The notes: a model not told the origin generated them from the sequence alone. Counted from the stretch's first letter, positions 8,240-18,030 are shown. The stretch is DNA of 50,696 nucleotides from an uncultured Erysipelotrichales bacterium (GCA_964632125.1 CAZWEF010000004.1:1-50696), one strand, 5' to 3'. Numbers and translations are program-made.

Positions 8240-9958
8240 ATGTTTTCATTGTTGAGGTTTGCAAAAGAGTATCGGTTTCAAATGATTGTTGGGCCTTTTT
8301 TTAAGTTTCTAGAAGCTGTCTTAGAGTTGTTTATACCTATTATGATGGCACAATTAATTGATCAAGGTATTCATCAAAACAACATGGATTTTGTTTTAAG
8401 GAAAGGTGTCGTTATTTTGGTTATATCCCTAGTTGGGTTGGTTTCGGTTTTTATTTGTCAGTATTTAGCCTCTATTGCTTCGCAAGGCTTTGGTACGAAC
8501 CTTAGAAACGAACTTGTTAAACACATGCATCACTTATCATTAACTGACCTTGACCATTTAAAAGAAGGAAAAATGTTGTCACTGGTAACCAGTGATGTCA
8601 ACCAAATGCAATTGATGTTGGCCATGTTAATTCGCTTGGTTGTGAGAGCACCTTTCTTAAGTTTAGGGGCATTGATTATGGCATTTTATATCAACTCACA
8701 AATGGCTATGATTTTTGTGATGGTATTACCTATTTTTGGGTTAATGCTCTGGTTAACAATTAAACTAACACGACCTATGTTCAAAAAAGTTCAAAGACAA
8801 CTCGATCAATACATTGGTCTTATTACTGAAACATTGGGTGGTGTGCGTGTTATCCGTGCGTTTGGTAAAAGTCAACATCAAAAAGAACGTGTGATGGAAG
8901 CAAGCGATGATTTAGCACGTTTATCTATTCGCGCGAACCGATTAGCGAGTTTAATCAACCCTCTTACAACACTCACTTTAAATATTGGTATCATGCTTAT
9001 TTTACAATTATCAGGGCAACAAGTGATGATTGGACATATGACTCAAGGAGATGTGCTTGCACTCATCAATTACATGTCACAAATGCTTTTGGCATTGATT
9101 ATTGTTTCTCAACTCGTTGTCATCTTTACACGGGCATCTGCTTCTGCTTCAAGGATTGAAGAGGTCTTGTCGATGAAACCATCGATGATTGATCAAAAAA
9201 CAGCACACCCACTCTCAGCTATTGTTCAATTAGAAGCAAATGAACTATCATTTCGCTATGGTCGTAGTAAAGACATACTTAAACAAATTAATCTAACGAT
9301 AAAACAAGGTGAAGTACTGGGGATTACGGGACCAACAGGAAGCGGGAAAAGTACACTCGGTTATGTGCTTGGAAGATTGTATGATGCTGATAGTGGTCAT
9401 GTTTGTATCAATCACATTAATATTCAACAATATGCGATTCAAGACTTAAGAAGAAAAATTGCCTATGTACCTCAAGATACCATTTTATTTACTGGCACAA
9501 TCGCAAGTAACCTTCGCATAGGCAAGCCGGATGCGACCATTGAGGAAATGGAAAAAGCACTCGAAATAGCACAATGCCTTTCATTTGTTCGATCACTTTC
9601 AAGAGGACTTGAGGCACCAGTTGTAGAAGGAGGTAAAAACTTCTCAGGAGGACAAAAACAGCGTGTTGCAATTGCTCGTGCACTTGTTGGTCAACCACAA
9701 TTATTAATTTTAGATGATGCTTTAAGTGCTTTGGATTATCAAACGGATAAGTTATTAAGGACGGCATTAAAAACGGAGTTGAAAGAGACGATGGTTGTGG
9801 TTATCTCACAACGCATTAGCAGTATTGTTGACGCTGATCAAATCTTGGTTTTACAAGAAGGGGAAACAGTTCAAATGGGAACCCATCAAGAACTCATGAG
9901 AACGTGTTCACTTTATAAAGATATGGTGATGCTTCAAACAAAGGCGGTGAACGCATGA
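8240..9958 (+). CDS. Heterodimeric ABC exporter, subunit 1 (TMD-NBD, degenerate Walker B)
   Basis: GPTGSGKS, FSGGQKQR, LILDD in place of DE. Confidence 0.92.
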   Translation: MFSLLRFAKEYRFQMIVGPFFKFLEAVLELFIPIMMAQLIDQGIHQNNMDFVLRKGVVILVISLVGLVSVFICQYLASIASQGFGTNLRNELVKHMHHLSLTDLDHLKEGKMLSLVTSDVNQMQLMLAMLIRLVVRAPFLSLGALIMAFYINSQMAMIFVMVLPIFGLMLWLTIKLTRPMFKKVQRQLDQYIGLITETLGGVRVIRAFGKSQHQKERVMEASDDLARLSIRANRLASLINPLTTLTLNIGIMLILQLSGQQVMIGHMTQGDVLALINYMSQMLLALIIVSQLVVIFTRASASASRIEEVLSMKPSMIDQKTAHPLSAIVQLEANELSFRYGRSKDILKQINLTIKQGEVLGITGPTGSGKSTLGYVLGRLYDADSGHVCINHINIQQYAIQDLRRKIAYVPQDTILFTGTIASNLRIGKPDATIEEMEKALEIAQCLSFVRSLSRGLEAPVVEGGKNFSGGQKQRVAIARALVGQPQLLILDDALSALDYQTDKLLRTALKTELKETMVVVISQRISSIVDADQILVLQEGETVQMGTHQELMRTCSLYKDMVMLQTKAVNA

Positions 9959-11673
9959 AACAATTTATGTCGCTTTTTAAAACACATAAACGATACGTCA
10001 TGTTCATTATTGTTGTTGGATTAATGATTGGTGTTACCTCCGTTTTATTAACATTCCTTATTGGCCGTGGGATTGATATGATGATTGGGAAAGGCATGGT
10101 GGACTTTAAACAACTTGGCGTATACGTTATGTATATGATGCTTGTCCTCGCAGTGAATGTTGTGATGCAATGGTGTTTGATCCATATGACAAATGGTTTA
10201 TCCTTTAAACTTGTGCATGAACTCAGAACAAAGGCCATAGAGCAACTCTCTTTATCCGGTATTGCATTTTATGATCAACATGCACATGGTGATCTTGTTA
10301 GTCGTTTTACGACAGATTTAGAAAGTTTGGCTGACGCGTTGGTTGCTCTTTTCTCAAGCTTATTTCCAGGTATTTCAATTATTATCATCAGTTTGGTATT
10401 TATGATACAGTCAAGTATTTGGTTAATGTGGGTTATTGTGTTAACCACACCGCTCATTTTTATTGCAGCATTCGTGGTCGCAAAGTTATCTCAAAAAAAC
10501 TTTAGACAACAACAAACTCATAATGGCCGTTTAACAGGCTATATCCATGAGATGTTTCATGGCTATCGTATTGTCAACATGTTTGGTTACGAACAAAGTG
10601 TTATCGATACCTATGAAGCATTGAACCTTGATCTTAAATATTGGGGACAAAAAGCGCAGTTCACATCCTCAATCACTAACCCCTTAACACGCTTTGTTAG
10701 TCACTTAACTTATTTATTGATTGGTGTTGTCGGTGGCTATTTAATGATTGTTTTAAAAGACCCAACAATGACTGTTGGCGTAATTACAAGCTTTTTGCTT
10801 TACTCAAGTCAGTTTTCAAAACCTTTTGTTGAATTGTCAGGTATCGCAACACAAATTCAATCAGGTGTGGTTGGTTATCAACGTATTCAAAGTGTTATTC
10901 ATGAACCAATCTTTGAGCATGCTGATGGTAAAACCTTAACCAATATTAAAGGAGAAGTTGCTTTTTCTCATGTTTCGTTTGGATATGATCAATCAAAACG
11001 CATTTTAAATGATTTGAGTTTACACGTAATGCCAGGTCAAACAGTGGCCATTGTTGGTGAAACAGGATCGGGAAAAACGACAATGGTTAATTTGTTGATG
11101 CGGTTCTATGATTTAGATGAAGGGATGATTTACATTGATGGAGAGCCCTTTACACACTATACAAAAAACAGTGTTAGACAAGCCTTTGGTATGGTGCTTC
11201 AAGATACTTGGCTGATGTCAGGGACAATTAAGGAAAACATTGCATATGGTCGCCCAGATGCAACAATGGAAGAGATTATTCGTGTCTCAAAAGAAGCCTA
11301 TATTCACCATTTCATTGAGCGTTTACCGGATGGATATGATACATTGATTGGTGGTCACGGCATCCATTTGTCATCTGGACAAAAACAACTCATGACCATT
11401 GCAAGAACCATGCTTTCAAATCCAACCATGCTTATTTTAGATGAAGCGACAAGTTATGTGGATCCCTTAACAGAACGTCATATTCAAAGTGCCTTTTTAA
11501 AATTAATGAAAAATAAAACCAGTTTTGTTATTGCGCATCGACTCAGTACCATTCAAGATGCTGACTTGATTCTTGTGATGAAACATGGTCAAATGATTGA
11601 AGTTGGTCAACATCAAGAATTGCTTGATTTAAAAGGTTATTACTATGATTTGTATCAAGCACAGTTTTCATGA
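9955..11673 (+). CDS. Heterodimeric ABC exporter, subunit 2 (TMD-NBD)
   Basis: GETGSGKT, LSSGQKQL, ILDEATS, IAHRLST; ATGA overlap with subunit 1. Confidence 0.92.
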   Translation: MKQFMSLFKTHKRYVMFIIVVGLMIGVTSVLLTFLIGRGIDMMIGKGMVDFKQLGVYVMYMMLVLAVNVVMQWCLIHMTNGLSFKLVHELRTKAIEQLSLSGIAFYDQHAHGDLVSRFTTDLESLADALVALFSSLFPGISIIIISLVFMIQSSIWLMWVIVLTTPLIFIAAFVVAKLSQKNFRQQQTHNGRLTGYIHEMFHGYRIVNMFGYEQSVIDTYEALNLDLKYWGQKAQFTSSITNPLTRFVSHLTYLLIGVVGGYLMIVLKDPTMTVGVITSFLLYSSQFSKPFVELSGIATQIQSGVVGYQRIQSVIHEPIFEHADGKTLTNIKGEVAFSHVSFGYDQSKRILNDLSLHVMPGQTVAIVGETGSGKTTMVNLLMRFYDLDEGMIYIDGEPFTHYTKNSVRQAFGMVLQDTWLMSGTIKENIAYGRPDATMEEIIRVSKEAYIHHFIERLPDGYDTLIGGHGIHLSSGQKQLMTIARTMLSNPTMLILDEATSYVDPLTERHIQSAFLKLMKNKTSFVIAHRLSTIQDADLILVMKHGQMIEVGQHQELLDLKGYYYDLYQAQFS

Positions 11674-11696
11674 AAGTACATCCGTGTACTTTTTTT
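11673..11696 (+). terminator. Terminator ending the antiporter-ABC operon
   Basis: AAAGTACA-TCCG-TGTACTTT plus T run. Confidence 0.8.
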
Positions 11697-11732
11697 AGAT
11701 TCTTTTGTATAATAAAAGAAGGAGGGATAACA

Positions 11733-12698
11733 ATGTCAAAGAATAGAGATGTAAGACGTGTTGCACTGGTAGGGACAGGATTTGTCGGTATGAGTTTTGC
11801 TTACGCATTAATTAATCAAGGTGCGGCAGATGAATTGGTTTTGATTGATATCAATCAAGAGAAGTCAATTGGAGAAGCCATGGACTTAAACCATGGTACA
11901 AGTTTTGGACCTTCAATTACCAAAGTTTTTGCAGGGACATACGACGATTGTGAATATGTTGATGTTGTTGTGATAACAGCTGGAGCGCCACAATTACCTG
12001 GTGAAACAAGATTGGATTTAGCGGCTAAGAATGCAAAAATTATCAAAGATATTACATTGAAAATAAAAGCATCAGGATTTCATGGCATGATTGTGGTTGC
12101 ATCAAACCCTGTTGATTTGATGACTTATGTGGTGGCAGAGGTTTCAGGTCTACCAAAGAATCAAGTTATTGGTTCAGGAACGACTTTGGATACATCGCGA
12201 TTACGCTATCTTCTAGGTAGTCACATCGGAATTAGTAGTAAAAATATACATGCTTACATTCTAGGTGAACATGGGGATAGTTCTTTTGTGCCTTGGTCGA
12301 ATGCTTATATTGGTACGAAAGCACTGATTCCGTATTTACAAGAGCGACATATTTACAAACAAGAAGTGCTTGATGATATTTATGTTCAAGTAAGAGATGC
12401 TGCTTATAAAATTATTGAAGCTAAAAAAGCAACCTACTATGCAATTGGGATGGCACTTGTGCGTATTGTAAAAGCTATATTTGAGGACGAAGCATCTGTT
12501 TTAACTTTGTCAGTTTATTTGAATGGTCATTATCATGTGGAAGATCTTTACATTGGTGTGCCAGCTGTTTTAACAAGACATGGCGTTAAAGAAATCATTC
12601 AATTAGATTTGACAATTGAAGAGCAAAAGCAATTTGAGGCGTCAGTAAATAAACTTAAAGACGTATTAGAAACGACGATTAAACCTATATTAAGATAA
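11733..12698 (+). CDS. ldh: L-lactate dehydrogenase (true start ATG 11733)
   Basis: GTGFVG, ITAGAPQLPGETRLDL, ASNPVD, GTTLDTSR, GEHGDS; SD AAGGAGGG. Confidence 0.96.
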   Translation: MSKNRDVRRVALVGTGFVGMSFAYALINQGAADELVLIDINQEKSIGEAMDLNHGTSFGPSITKVFAGTYDDCEYVDVVVITAGAPQLPGETRLDLAAKNAKIIKDITLKIKASGFHGMIVVASNPVDLMTYVVAEVSGLPKNQVIGSGTTLDTSRLRYLLGSHIGISSKNIHAYILGEHGDSSFVPWSNAYIGTKALIPYLQERHIYKQEVLDDIYVQVRDAAYKIIEAKKATYYAIGMALVRIVKAIFEDEASVLTLSVYLNGHYHVEDLYIGVPAVLTRHGVKEIIQLDLTIEEQKQFEASVNKLKDVLETTIKPILR

Positions 12699-12717
12699 CT
12701 ATTTAGTTATCTTTTTT
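12692..12717 (+). terminator. ldh terminator
   Basis: AAGATAACT-ATTT-AGTTATCTT plus T run. Confidence 0.8.
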
Positions 12718-12795
12718 CATTATCGGTGTTAAATAAAGGAAAACTTGTTTTGAAACAAAATTCTAAATATTGAAATAAAAATGAAATTCTTTGTT

Positions 12796-12828
12796 TTTAT
12801 GGTTTATTTAAGGTATATATTATATGAT
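12796..12828 (+). promoter_or_regulatory. CiaR-type regulator box and promoter
   Basis: TTTATG-N5-TTTAAG-N10-TATGAT, the geometry of streptococcal CiaR-activated promoters. Confidence 0.55.
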
Positions 12829-12879
12829 AGGTATTGAAATAGAAAAGTGAGGGATCTAAATTTTAACACCCAAAATAAC

Positions 12880-12908
12880 TTGAATTTTAAAAGAATGAAC
12901 GATATACT
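12880..12908 (+). promoter_or_regulatory. sigmaA promoter of the response regulator operon
   Basis: TTGAAT-17 bp-TATACT. Confidence 0.7.
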
Positions 12909-12945
12909 TAAAATTGATTAGTTCGAAAATAGGAGGAGGGGTACA

Positions 12946-13617
12946 ATGAAAGTCTTAGTTGTAGAAGATGATACTCGTATTAATGAAAGCCTAAAACACA
13001 TTTTAGAGCGAGATTTTCAGGTTGAAACGGCGTACAATGGAGAAGAAGGTCTTTTTCTTGCAAAAGAAAGTGAGTTTGATTTACTAATTTTAGATGTGAT
13101 GATGCCAGGTATGGATGGGTTTGAACTGCTTGAGGCTTATCGCAAACACAACAAACGAACACCAGTTATTTTTGTTACTGGAAAAGACCAACTAGAAGAT
13201 CGCATTCAAGGTTACCGATTAGAATGTGATGACTATATCATTAAGCCATTTGATGAAGAGGAACTTTTGCTCAGAATTAAGGCAGTTTTGAAAAGACAAG
13301 ATAAAAATCAAATACTAAGATTTGAAGAGTTAGAGCTTCATGCTAGCAGTCGTACACTTAAAGCAAATGGGCAGGTCATTGAGCTTAGAGGAAGACAATA
13401 TGAGCTGTTGGAATACTTACTTTTAAATAAGAACCGTATTCTTTCAAAAGAACAAATTTTTGATCGCATTTGGGGTATTGATTCAGATACGGGAATTAAT
13501 GTTGTAGAAGTTTATTCACATGCGATTAGAAATCACTTAAAACAATTAGGGTGTGCACATTATTTAAGAACCATTCGTGGTATAGGTTATATGATGCGTG
13601 CTGTAAAGAATACGTAA
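12946..13617 (+). CDS. OmpR-family response regulator, CiaR-like
   Basis: VVEDD, LDVMMP, IKPF; IFDRIWGIDSDTGINVVEVY resembles CiaR. Confidence 0.92.
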   Translation: MKVLVVEDDTRINESLKHILERDFQVETAYNGEEGLFLAKESEFDLLILDVMMPGMDGFELLEAYRKHNKRTPVIFVTGKDQLEDRIQGYRLECDDYIIKPFDEEELLLRIKAVLKRQDKNQILRFEELELHASSRTLKANGQVIELRGRQYELLEYLLLNKNRILSKEQIFDRIWGIDSDTGINVVEVYSHAIRNHLKQLGCAHYLRTIRGIGYMMRAVKNT

Positions 13618-13622
13618 TTTAA

Positions 13623-14861
13623 ATGACAAAGCATCAACAACGTATTTGGCTTACTTACTTTGTTTCTTTTGCTTTTTTGGTTGGCTTCTTTTCGTTTAGT
13701 ATTTTTGAGGTGGTTAAAAGTCAAGAATCACATCGACATGAAGCAACACTAAAAGCACAATTTGAACAGCTTCAAACGCAAGTCCTTTCAACACCAATGA
13801 CCTTAACGGATTTGTCTATTTTCATGACGCAAAATCGAATGCTTGGACAAATATACAATGAGGATTTTCAACTTTTACCAAGCTATATTTATTCAAATAT
13901 TGATGTCACTTTAACATCAAAAGAAATAAAAACCAATACCATGATAAACTTTAAAATTAATGTTGAGGGAACGACATTTTATTTGCCAGGTATATTATAT
14001 CCTGCAACCTTTCAAAATCGTACTTATTATGTTTTGTTGTTGTCAAAAAACATAGATAGCCTAGATTTGTTAAACCACTTAAAACAAGTGTTGTTTTATG
14101 GCAGTGCACTCGTCATTGTAGCAGGTATACTGATGAGCTATTTTGTTTCTAAAAAGAGCATGAAACCTATTTATTTGTCATGGAAAAAGCAACAACAGTT
14201 TACCCATGATGCCAGTCACGAGCTAAGAACACCAATCACTGTAATCATGTTAAAAGCTGATAAGCTATTAAAACATCAAGATGGGATCATTGAGGATCAT
14301 ATTGAAGATGTCATTGCGATTAAAAATGAAGGTCGTCGTATGAAAAAACAAGTTGAAGATTTGTTGCTTTTATCAAGAGGCGATAGTGGTATGTTGGTCC
14401 TTGATGTTGTTCAAGTTAGTATTGAAGATGAAATCATGGCATGTTTTAATGTATTTGAAGAACTTGTTGAAGTAAGTGGTAAAAAACTGTTAACTGAGTT
14501 GAACTTCAATCCAATGCTACAAATAGATGTTGAACGATTTAAGCAAATTCTAATGATTTTACTTGATAATGCTTTAAAGTACACCCCGGATGGAGGAACT
14601 ATTTGGATTAAAACAAGTAAGTCAGGGCATCGGTTGAAACTAGATGTTATCAATTCAAGTCCTCCAATTGAGGATAAACATTTGTCACATCTGTTTGAAC
14701 GTTTTTATCAAGTTGATACAAGTAGAAGTGATCAATCTTCAGGCCTTGGACTAGCGATTGCAAAGCAACTTGTTTTATTACATCACGGTAGTATTCATGT
14801 GAGCAATACTGATGAAGGGGTTTGTTTCACAGTTTATTTAAATGTTATAAGGAACCACTAG
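13623..14861 (+). CDS. Sensor histidine kinase, CiaH-like
   Basis: Two TM helices, DASHELRTP H-box, LLDNALKY N-box, RFYQVD, SGLGLAIA. Confidence 0.92.
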   Translation: MTKHQQRIWLTYFVSFAFLVGFFSFSIFEVVKSQESHRHEATLKAQFEQLQTQVLSTPMTLTDLSIFMTQNRMLGQIYNEDFQLLPSYIYSNIDVTLTSKEIKTNTMINFKINVEGTTFYLPGILYPATFQNRTYYVLLLSKNIDSLDLLNHLKQVLFYGSALVIVAGILMSYFVSKKSMKPIYLSWKKQQQFTHDASHELRTPITVIMLKADKLLKHQDGIIEDHIEDVIAIKNEGRRMKKQVEDLLLLSRGDSGMLVLDVVQVSIEDEIMACFNVFEELVEVSGKKLLTELNFNPMLQIDVERFKQILMILLDNALKYTPDGGTIWIKTSKSGHRLKLDVINSSPPIEDKHLSHLFERFYQVDTSRSDQSSGLGLAIAKQLVLLHHGSIHVSNTDEGVCFTVYLNVIRNH

Positions 14862-14870
14862 TGGTTCCTT
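14849..14870. terminator. Perfect 22-bp palindrome, probable bidirectional terminator overlapping two stop codons
   Basis: AAGGAACCACTAGTGGTTCCTT followed by TTT on the plus strand. Confidence 0.75.
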
Positions 14871-15490
14871 TTTAACATGGTGGTGACATCATTTGGTGTA
14901 TTAAAACGATAAGTTGCTTCAATAAAGCTTGGTTCAATACTTCCCCATAAAGCAAGTCCAAAGTCAATATTAGCAGCTTGACAAGCAAGTGCATCTTGAT
15001 TAGCATCGCCAATGTAGAGTACCTCTGAGGCAGCTAATTGGAGTTGCTTCAAACACAATTGTAAGGGATCAGGATTGGGTTTATGTTGTGTTGTATCTTC
15101 AAACAAGACACAAGCTTGGATATCATCAAAGAAATCGTGTCCAGCTCGATCAATCAAATATTGTTTGTGTGTTTTAGACGAAACAACTGCTAATAAATAA
15201 TCATGTTTAAGTGTCATCATCATCTCTTTAACACCTTCAAAAGCAGCAACAGGAAATGGATAAGACTCAACAAGTTGAACCCAACGTTGGTAAACTGTTT
15301 CTGGTTGTTTAAAACCTAGCATATGCATAACATTTAATCCAGGATAAGGCGCGTATTCATAAACTGCTTCTATGGGTAAATCCTGGTTTGTTTCTTCTTT
15401 AATGATTGTTTTAAGGGTTTGCATGTTTTTATCTAGTGTGTTAAGTAAAGTGCCATCAATATCAAATATAATTGCTTTGTATGTTTTCAT
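14858..15490 (-). CDS. HAD-superfamily phosphatase (PpaX/Gph-like)
   Basis: FDIDGTL, VVSSK, KPNPDP, YIGD. Confidence 0.9.
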   Translation of the reverse strand: MKTYKAIIFDIDGTLLNTLDKNMQTLKTIIKEETNQDLPIEAVYEYAPYPGLNVMHMLGFKQPETVYQRWVQLVESYPFPVAAFEGVKEMMMTLKHDYLLAVVSSKTHKQYLIDRAGHDFFDDIQACVLFEDTTQHKPNPDPLQLCLKQLQLAASEVLYIGDANQDALACQAANIDFGLALWGSIEPSFIEATYRFNTPNDVTTMLKRNH

Positions 15491-15526
15491 AAAAAACCTC
15501 CTACACTTATTGTATCGTATCAGTAT

Positions 15527-15555
15527 TTGACAATCAAGTAAGATAGGTATATAGT
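15527..15555 (+). promoter_or_regulatory. sigmaA promoter of the ABC-2 operon
   Basis: TTGACA-17 bp-TATAGT. Confidence 0.75.
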
Positions 15556-15583
15556 AGTGTTGATAAAGATGGGGGGTTCTTTT

Positions 15584-16435
15584 ATGGATATGATTAAAGT
15601 AGAGGGATTGACTAAAATATATCCCAACAAAAAGGGCATATTTGATGTTACATTTGAAGTTAGTGAAGGCGAAGTGTTTGGATTTATTGGCCCAAATGGT
15701 GCTGGTAAATCAACCACAATACGAACCTTACTTGGTTTGCTTCATCCTAATAGTGGTCAATTTACACTCATGGGTAAACCGTTTGATGCATCCTTGTTTC
15801 ATCAAATTGGCTATTTACCAGGTGAAGTTGCTTATTACCCAACAATGAGTGTTGAAGCATTTTTGTTGTATAATGCAACATTCTTTAAAATTGGCACAAA
15901 ACGAATGTATGAACTTATGACATTATTTGAATTAGAAGGCCATTTAAAAGTTAGAGACTTATCACTTGGTAATAAAAAGAAACTAGGGCTTGTTCAAACT
16001 TTTATGCATGAACCAAAACTTGTGATTCTTGATGAACCAACAAGTGGATTAGACCCTTTGATGCAACAAAAGTTTTACCAACTTATTTTAGATGAAAAAG
16101 CAAAAGGTACGACCATTATGATTTCATCACATGTTTTAAGTGAAGTACAACGTCTTTGTGATCGCGTTGCCATCATCAAGAATGGGCGAATCTTAAAAGT
16201 AGACACAGTGCAATCGATTAGACAAACCAATGTAAAAAGAGTCGTTTTAAAAACAAATGAATCGCTTCAAATACCAATTGAGATCAAAGACTTAGACATC
16301 CAAGATGGTGTCTATCGATTCATGTATAGTGGCAATATCAATCCATTGATTCAATACTTAGCGACGATTGCATTAGATGAAGTGAGTATTCAAGAACCTG
16401 AACTTGAAGAGATTTTCATGCATTATTATGAATAA
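15584..16435 (+). CDS. ABC-2 type transporter ATP-binding protein (true start ATG 15584)
   Basis: GPNGAGKST, LSLGNKKK, ILDEPTSGLDP, ISSH. Confidence 0.93.
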   Translation: MDMIKVEGLTKIYPNKKGIFDVTFEVSEGEVFGFIGPNGAGKSTTIRTLLGLLHPNSGQFTLMGKPFDASLFHQIGYLPGEVAYYPTMSVEAFLLYNATFFKIGTKRMYELMTLFELEGHLKVRDLSLGNKKKLGLVQTFMHEPKLVILDEPTSGLDPLMQQKFYQLILDEKAKGTTIMISSHVLSEVQRLCDRVAIIKNGRILKVDTVQSIRQTNVKRVVLKTNESLQIPIEIKDLDIQDGVYRFMYSGNINPLIQYLATIALDEVSIQEPELEEIFMHYYE

Positions 16436-17201
16436 ACATGTCATCTTGTTTTATCTTCGTCGCTATCAAAGAACACTCATTTCATATATCTTAACGATTT
16501 CATTGCTCACATTGATGTATGCTTTTTTCTATCCATATATTGCCAGTGATTTTGAAACGATCGTCAAACAATTACCAAAAGAACTGATTCAAGCAATGAA
16601 ACTTGATCAAATTAATAATTTTGAAAGTTATTTCCGTTTTTTTGGTGGACTCATCATTAGTATTGGCATGATGATGCTAGGCTTTCATTTGGGGACAACC
16701 CTTATGAACTTAGAACGTAAAGATGGCATGGAAGATTATTTATACACACGACCAATAACGAAACATCATTGGTTTGGCATCAAATTGGTTGTTGGTAGTC
16801 TCTTGATTCTGATTGGGAGTATTCTCATGTGGTTTATGTTTCAAATTGGACTTATGGCATTGAATTTGGAGCATGGGTTTATCGTAGGCTTGGTGTTCAA
16901 TGTTGGCCTTTTAAGTTACGCTTCAATGCTTATTGCGATGCTGGTAGGATCATTTTATGCAACCAAACAAGTTGCACTGATTAGTTTAACAAGTGCTTTA
17001 TTGTTTTATTTGTTACAGTTGATGGTTGAACAAGGTGGCATTTGGCATTCACTAAGATTTATTTCACTCATGGATTATTACAACATCAAAGATGGACACA
17101 TAGTAACGATGATCATCACAACATGTATCATCTTTACATTTAGCGTAGGTGTAGGGATGTGGTGTTTATCACAACTTGATGTAAAGGGGGGACGACTATG
17201 A
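16428..17201 (+). CDS. ABC-2 type permease 1 (probable start ATG 16428)
   Basis: About 6 TM helices, ERKDGMEDYLYTRPIT motif; overlaps the ATPase stop. Confidence 0.85.
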   Translation: MNKHVILFYLRRYQRTLISYILTISLLTLMYAFFYPYIASDFETIVKQLPKELIQAMKLDQINNFESYFRFFGGLIISIGMMMLGFHLGTTLMNLERKDGMEDYLYTRPITKHHWFGIKLVVGSLLILIGSILMWFMFQIGLMALNLEHGFIVGLVFNVGLLSYASMLIAMLVGSFYATKQVALISLTSALLFYLLQLMVEQGGIWHSLRFISLMDYYNIKDGHIVTMIITTCIIFTFSVGVGMWCLSQLDVKGGRL

Positions 17202-17956
17202 TTTTACTCGAAATAAGACGCCAGAAATGGATAGTCCTTGTTTGGTCACTACTTCTCTTTCTTTTGGTTGTGAGTTCGATTACTAAATATGATATGGTTG
17301 TCAGCGATCCTGCAACCAATCAAATGATTGCTAAGCTACCGCGTGTTGTTTTAATTATGTTTGGTATGACACCAGGTTTAGATTTATCAGTTTTTGTTAA
17401 TTACATGGCTGTGACACTTACGTATACTGTGATTATGGCCAGTTTCTTTGGTGTTGTTACGGGGCATTTACTTACATCAAGGGATCAAGAAGATGGTATT
17501 TTGGAGTATGTTTATACAAGACCACTTACAAGAAAACAAATTTTATTAAAAAAATATGTGGCAGGTATTTGTATACAATTGTTTTTTATTAGTTGTTTTG
17601 TTTTATCACTTATCCTAAGTTATGTCATGGCTAAACAACCTTTGGATTCAATGATTATACCAATCATACTTGGACATTTACTGATACAATTATTATTTTA
17701 TCATTTGGCATTTGTTGTCATGTCCATTTACCATAAAAACCTCGTTTACTTTGTGCTTATTTTCTTCTTTGTATTAGCTAAAATAACTGATTTACTTAAT
17801 TTAAGCGTCTTTTTAACACCGTTCAAATGGTTTGATCCTATGATTTTACTGACACAAAACTGGCCAATTGTACCAACAGTGATTGTGATTGTTGTGATGA
17901 TTGCAGCTATTGGTTTTGGTTATTTTCAATGTCAAAGTAAAGAAGTGCTATCATAG
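17198..17956 (+). CDS. ABC-2 type permease 2
   Basis: About 6 TM helices, DQEDGILEYVYTRPLTR; ATGA overlap. Confidence 0.85.
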   Translation: MILLEIRRQKWIVLVWSLLLFLLVVSSITKYDMVVSDPATNQMIAKLPRVVLIMFGMTPGLDLSVFVNYMAVTLTYTVIMASFFGVVTGHLLTSRDQEDGILEYVYTRPLTRKQILLKKYVAGICIQLFFISCFVLSLILSYVMAKQPLDSMIIPIILGHLLIQLLFYHLAFVVMSIYHKNLVYFVLIFFFVLAKITDLLNLSVFLTPFKWFDPMILLTQNWPIVPTVIVIVVMIAAIGFGYFQCQSKEVLS

Positions 17957-17966
17957 CGCTTTTTTT
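17943..17966 (+). terminator. Terminator overlapping the permease stop codon
   Basis: AAGTGCTA-TCA-TAGCGCTT plus T run. Confidence 0.7.
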
Positions 17967-18030
17967 GTTTATGTTTTAGTTAAACTGTGATAAAATAGTA
18001 TTGCATATGAGCACTACTTTGTAAGGAGGC

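Noticed and set aside
11670-11732. N-terminal extension of ldh in the ORF track
   Set aside because: It crosses the ABC terminator; the strong SD points to ATG 11733. Similar over-extensions were trimmed for nfeD, accD, accA, ddl, fabK and fabZ
12725-12870. 9-bp inverted repeats GGTGTTAAA/TTTAACACC flanking ~145 bp (possible MITE)
   Set aside because: Short, no target-site duplication, no second copy in the window, and the interior is explained by promoter elements
12847-12921. 24-codon GTG ORF before the regulator (CiaX-like peptide?)
   Set aside because: No SD, no signal peptide or Ca-binding pattern, and it overlaps the second promoter
15571-17191. G6 runs at 15571 and 17186 as phase-variation tracts
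   Set aside because: They sit at SD positions; G-rich SDs recur in this window and the runs are short
17968-17996. CiaR-like repeat TTTATG-N5-GTTAAA before the alarmone synthetase
   Set aside because: Only 6 bp to the -10 rather than 10; TTTATG is simply at -35 spacing
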